This document shows positions 59,654 to 64,000 of a DNA stretch of 64,000 bases, piece by piece. Source of the DNA: an uncultured Candidatus Rokubacteria bacterium (GTDB lineage Bacteria; Methylomirabilota; Methylomirabilia; Rokubacteriales; CSP1-6); contig CAWIZN010000013.1 of the NCBI GenBank assembly GCA_963840495.1, positions 47,110 through 111,109 on the forward strand, read 5' to 3'. The notes beneath the pieces were generated by a model that did not search any database, had not been told where the DNA came from, and worked only from the letters and a program-made list of their open reading frames with translations. The translations under genes and the position numbers were made by a program. How positions within the stretch are numbered: the first letter of the stretch is position 1; each line of letters starts with the position of its first letter.

Positions 59654-61544
59654 ATGAAGTGGGCCGGGGCGTTCCTGACCCTGGTACTGGCCCTCTTCGC
59701 AGGAGCCCAGCATTGCGGGGGCGCAGGTCGCGCCGCCGCCTGCCGCACCAGGAACCGTGCCGCCCGGCGCCGGTGGTGCGCCGCTTACGGCCCTCGTGGA
59801 TCAGCTCGTCGACATGTTCCCGAAGGTCGCCGGCGAAGTCATCGAGGTGCTCGGCAATACACTGACCCTCGACAAAGGGCGGAAGGACGGCGTTCTTCCC
59901 GGGCTCGAGCTCGAAGTGTACCGGGAGGGCCGAGAGATCAAGCACCCGAAGACGGGAGAGCTCCTGGGGCGCGCCGAGGAGCCCCTCGGACGGACACGCA
60001 TCACGTCGGTCCAGGAGGCCTTCTCGCAGGCCACGACGGCGTCGGCGGGCATCAAGCCGGGGGATCGCTACCGGGTCCCCTCCGCGAAGGTGAACCTCGT
60101 CCTTCTCCCGCTCCTTGGCGGCGTCCGCGAGGGCCTGGTGGAGGCCGCGATTCAGGAGCTGGTCGAGCGACTGGGAGCGACCGGGCGCTTCCGGGTGTCC
60201 ATGGGCGATCCCATCAATGTCTATCTGACCCAGGAGGGCATCAAGGCCGAGGAGTTCCTCCAGGGCAAGGGCGTCCAGCAGGCGGCGCAGCGGTTCAAGC
60301 TCGAGAACCTCCTGGCCATCTATTTCAAGCGCGTTCAGAACAAGCCCTACATGGAGGTCCGCTTCTACAGCCTCCCCCAGCTGGATCCCGCGATCAGCAC
60401 GGCGTTCTTCGTGCCGCCCTCCATCAGAGCGGCGGCCGCGCCGGGCGGCAAGTTCTCCTCGGGAGGCGGGCCCGCGAATCCACCGCAGGCCAAGCAGCGG
60501 TCGCTCCTGGCCCGACTTCTTGGGGGCGATCTGGAGGCCGGCAGCTACTCGAGCGGGGAGGGGACGATTCCGCTGCGCCAGGTGGCCCGATTCGCCTTCC
60601 CGGTTCTGGCCATGGACGTGGCGATCGCTCCGGCTGATCGCATCCCTCGCATGGTGGTGAGCGACGGCGATCAGATTTACATGTACAAGATCATCGAGCA
60701 GCGCATGGAGCCGGAGTGGACGAAGTCCGTGCGCTTTCTCGGCCGCACCATCTCGGTGCAGCTCGCCGACCTCGACGGTGATGGCGTCCTCGAGGTCGTC
60801 GGCAATCGGTATAACGAGAAGGTGGGTCTGAACTCCTTCGTGCTCGGCGCCAAGAACGGCAAGCCCACGTTCCTGGTGGACAGCGTCGATGACTTCCTCT
60901 TCGCCGTCGATCTCAACGGCGACGGTGTCAAGCAGACCCTGTGGACGCAGCGATTCAGCAAGACGACGTTCTTCACACCCGGCCAGGCGGACCAGGTCAT
61001 CATCAAGAAGGGCAAGCTGATCGTGGAGAAGCCGGTGCGGGTGCCACCGGCCTTCCGGCCCATGGGTGCCGCCTTCTGCAATATCACGGGGAAGGACACC
61101 CGATCTCTCGCCTTCGTCGACGAATACAATCGCCTGCAGGTCTCCACCGAGGGCGAGGAGCTGTGGCGGTCGACGACCTCGGTGGGTGGCGGCTACATGG
61201 AGATCGAGCAGGAGTACCTCTTCAGCTCGCGCGTCGCCCGGGTAAAGTTCTACAAGATCGAGCCCACGCCCTTGGCCGTCGACCTCGACGGAGACGGGGT
61301 GGAGGAGCTCATCGTCCCTCAGAACCAGGTGAAGGAAGGGCTGGTCGCGGTCGTCTTCAAGGGGCCGGCCGGATTCCGGCTGCAGTCCGTGAACACGGGC
61401 TTCGAGGGCGGCATCACCGCGCTCGGTGCGTTCAAGACGGGAGACGCCTCTCAGCCGACGCTCGTCGCCTCGGTGGTCCGCTTCACGAACTTCCTCAAGA
61501 CTTCCGGCGAGACGCAGATCATCATGACCGTCCCGCAGGACTGA
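59654..61544 (+). CDS. Exported FG-GAP/VCBS-repeat protein with FlgT-like N-terminal domain (frameshift near 59720-59750)
   Basis: MKWAGA.. signal; IKHPKTGELLG; DLDGDG, DLNGDG, DLDGDG repeats. Confidence 0.75.
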
Positions 61545-61575
61545 TCAGCTCCGAGCCCTGTCGGGTGCCCCGCCG

Positions 61576-62850
61576 ATGATCAAGGCCGTTCGCGGCGTCC
61601 GCGACATCCTGCCCTCGGAGACTCCGCGCTGGCAGCGTGTTGAGGCGGCAGCCCGCGGGATCTTCGAAGCGTATGGTTATCGCGAGATCCGCGTGCCCCT
61701 CTTCGAGCGCACCGAGCTGTTCGCACGAGGGATCGGAGACGAGACGGACATCGTCAAGAAGGAGATGTACACGTTCGAGGACCGGGGCGGGGACTCCCTC
61801 ACGCTTCGGCCCGAGGCGACGGCCGGCGTGCTGCGCGCCTATATCGAGCATGGCTTCCACGTCGAGCCGAAGCCCGTGCGGCTGTACACCATGGGACCGA
61901 TGTTCCGCTACGAGCGCCCTCAGGCCGGCCGCTACCGGCAGTTCCATCAGGCCAATGTCGAGGCGCTCGGCGAGACGCACCCGGCGCTCGATGCCGAGGT
62001 GATCGCCATGCTGATGGACTTCTTCGGCGCCCTCGGATTGGCCGACCGTCTCGAGCTACGCGTCAACTCGATTGGGGATACGGGGACGCGGCCCGTCTAT
62101 GTTGCGAGGCTCGTCGAGTACCTCGGCCCGCACCGGTCGGAGCTTTGCGGCGAATGCCAGGCGCGGATAGATCGAAACCCGCTCCGGATCCTCGACTGCA
62201 AGACACCCGGCTGTCAGCCGATCATCGAGAAGGCCCCTTCGATCCTCGACTCGCTCTCGCCCGAGGCGACGGAGCACTTCGACAGCGTGCGGCGCAGCCT
62301 CGACGCCATGGGGGTCGATTACAAGGTCGACCCGAGGCTCGTGAGGGGACTCGACTACTACGTGCGCACGACCTTCGAGGTGCTCACCACGGAGCTGGGC
62401 TCACAGAACGCCGTGGCCGGCGGAGGGCGCTACGACGGCCTCATCGCCCAGCTTGACGGCCCGGCTGACCCCGGAATCGGCTTCGCGATCGGTCTCGAGC
62501 GGGTCGTGCTACTCCTCGGCGACGAGGCCCGAGCTGCAGGCCCAGTCGCCCTGCTCATCCCCCTCGGCGAGGCCGCGCTGCAACGCCTCCTGCCCGCGGC
62601 GCGCCGGGCCCGCCAGGGCGGCGTGCCGGTGGAGCTGGGTTACGGCATCCGGAAGCTGCCCAGAGAGCTCGAGCGGGCCAATCGTCTGGGCGCGGCGTGG
62701 GCGGTGATCGCGGGGGACAATGAGCTTGCCCGGGGCGAGGCGGTCGTGCGGGAGATGAGCTCTGGCGCGCAGCGGCACGTGCCCCTGGAGACCCTCGCCG
62801 AGGAGCTTTTGCGGTTGGGGGGCGCGCGGACGGAGCCGAGGTACACTTGA
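61576..62850 (+). CDS. hisS: Histidine--tRNA ligase
   Basis: [35 protein letters not shown]. Confidence 0.97.
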   Translation: MIKAVRGVRDILPSETPRWQRVEAAARGIFEAYGYREIRVPLFERTELFARGIGDETDIVKKEMYTFEDRGGDSLTLRPEATAGVLRAYIEHGFHVEPKPVRLYTMGPMFRYERPQAGRYRQFHQANVEALGETHPALDAEVIAMLMDFFGALGLADRLELRVNSIGDTGTRPVYVARLVEYLGPHRSELCGECQARIDRNPLRILDCKTPGCQPIIEKAPSILDSLSPEATEHFDSVRRSLDAMGVDYKVDPRLVRGLDYYVRTTFEVLTTELGSQNAVAGGGRYDGLIAQLDGPADPGIGFAIGLERVVLLLGDEARAAGPVALLIPLGEAALQRLLPAARRARQGGVPVELGYGIRKLPRELERANRLGAAWAVIAGDNELARGEAVVREMSSGAQRHVPLETLAEELLRLGGARTEPRYT

Positions 62851-62855
62851 GCGCC

Positions 62856-64000
62856 ATGCATCCGTATCGGACGCATACCTGCGGGGAGTTGCGACCGAGT
62901 CACGTGGGTGAGACCGCCCGCATCTCCGGGTGGGTTCATCGCAAGCGCGACCACGGCAACCTCGTCTTCGTCGACCTGCGCGACCACCACGGGTTGACGC
63001 AGTGTGTGATCGACGCTGCCAGCCCGGTATTTCCCCAGGCAGACACGCTGCGGCCGGAGACAGTGATCACGGTGAAGGGCGAGGTCGTGCCCCGTGCGCC
63101 TGACGCCGTCAACCCGCGCCTCGCCACGGGTGCGGTCGAGCTTGCCGTGCGCGAGTTGACCGTGCTGTCGGGCGCCGAGCCGCTCCCTCTTCAGGTCGCG
63201 AGCGACGCGGACTTCCCCGAAGAGACACGGTTGCGCTATCGCTTCCTCGACCTGAGGCGCGAGAAGCTCCACGCCAATATCGTCCTTCGCTCCCGGGTGA
63301 TCTCCAGCATCCGCCGGCGCATGATCGAGGCGGGGTTCACCGAATTCCAGACGCCGATATTGACCTCGAGCTCGCCGGAGGGTGCGCGGGACTACCTCGT
63401 GCCGAGCCGCGTGCATCCGGGCATGTTCTACGCGCTCCCGCAGGCGCCACAGCAGTTCAAGCAGCTCCTGATGGTTGCGGGGTTCGACCGGTACTTCCAG
63501 ATCGCGCCCTGTTTCCGGGACGAAGATGGCCGGGCCGACCGATCGCCAGGCGAGTTCTACCAGCTGGACTTCGAGATGTCGTTCGTCACTCAGGAGGATG
63601 TCTGGCAGGCCATCGAGCCGGTGCTGCACGGCGTGTTCGAGGAATTCGCGGACGGCCGGGCCGTCTCGCCCGCACCGTTCCCGCGCATTCCCTTTGACGA
63701 GGCGATGGCAAAGTACGGGACGGACAAGCCTGACCTGAGGAATCCGCTCGAGATCGCCGACGTGGGCGAGGTCTTCGCGGGCTCGGGATTCGGGTTGTTC
63801 GCCAACGCGGCTTCTCGTGGCGCGGTCGTGCGCGCGGTAACTGGACCGGGAGCGGCGGGGCGGCCGAGGAGCTTCTTCGATCGCCTGGAGGGATGGGCGA
63901 AGGAACAGGGCGCTCCGGGGCTCGGCTGGCTCGCCCTCGGCGAAGGTGCCGCGCGCGGCCCGATCGCGAAGTTCCTCGACGCCGACCGCCTCGGCCGGCT
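62856..64000 (+). CDS. aspS: Aspartate--tRNA ligase (partial; probably non-discriminating)
   Basis: [47 protein letters not shown]; runs off the window. Confidence 0.95.
   Translation, partial: MHPYRTHTCGELRPSHVGETARISGWVHRKRDHGNLVFVDLRDHHGLTQCVIDAASPVFPQADTLRPETVITVKGEVVPRAPDAVNPRLATGAVELAVRELTVLSGAEPLPLQVASDADFPEETRLRYRFLDLRREKLHANIVLRSRVISSIRRRMIEAGFTEFQTPILTSSSPEGARDYLVPSRVHPGMFYALPQAPQQFKQLLMVAGFDRYFQIAPCFRDEDGRADRSPGEFYQLDFEMSFVTQEDVWQAIEPVLHGVFEEFADGRAVSPAPFPRIPFDEAMAKYGTDKPDLRNPLEIADVGEVFAGSGFGLFANAASRGAVVRAVTGPGAAGRPRSFFDRLEGWAKEQGAPGLGWLALGEGAARGPIAKFLDADRLGR

Overview
Very GC-rich bacterial chromosomal window (roughly 70% by eye). Gene style and intergenic repeats suggest a Methylomirabilota/Rokubacteria-like diderm MAG, which is an inference. 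It is mostly housekeeping: mreBCD-mrdA-rodA-rng, rplU-rpmA-obgE-proBA-nadD-rsfS, dksA-comF-gap-pgk-tpiA-secG, a peptide ABC transporter, tRNA-Leu(GAG), lipA-nuoA..K-pdhABC-lpdA, pccB-mutase, an envelope/porin cluster and hisS-aspS. About a dozen frameshifts in conserved genes point to long-read indel errors. The most striking element is a ~330-nt intergenic unit (about 6206-6536) between comEA and cspA. It has its own sigma70-like promoter, nested stems and an intrinsic terminator. Its core is complementary to the 3' end of 16S rRNA (anti-SD plus both strands of helix 45) and it carries a 13-codon micro-ORF whose end re-sequesters the SD, making it a candidate undescribed ribosome-binding RNA. 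Other points of interest are a terminator inside the cspA leader, a circularly permuted DUF971 protein, a three-paralogue FlgT-like envelope cluster, a nuo operon lacking nuoLMN and running into pdh, and CTAG-bounded MITE-like repeats.
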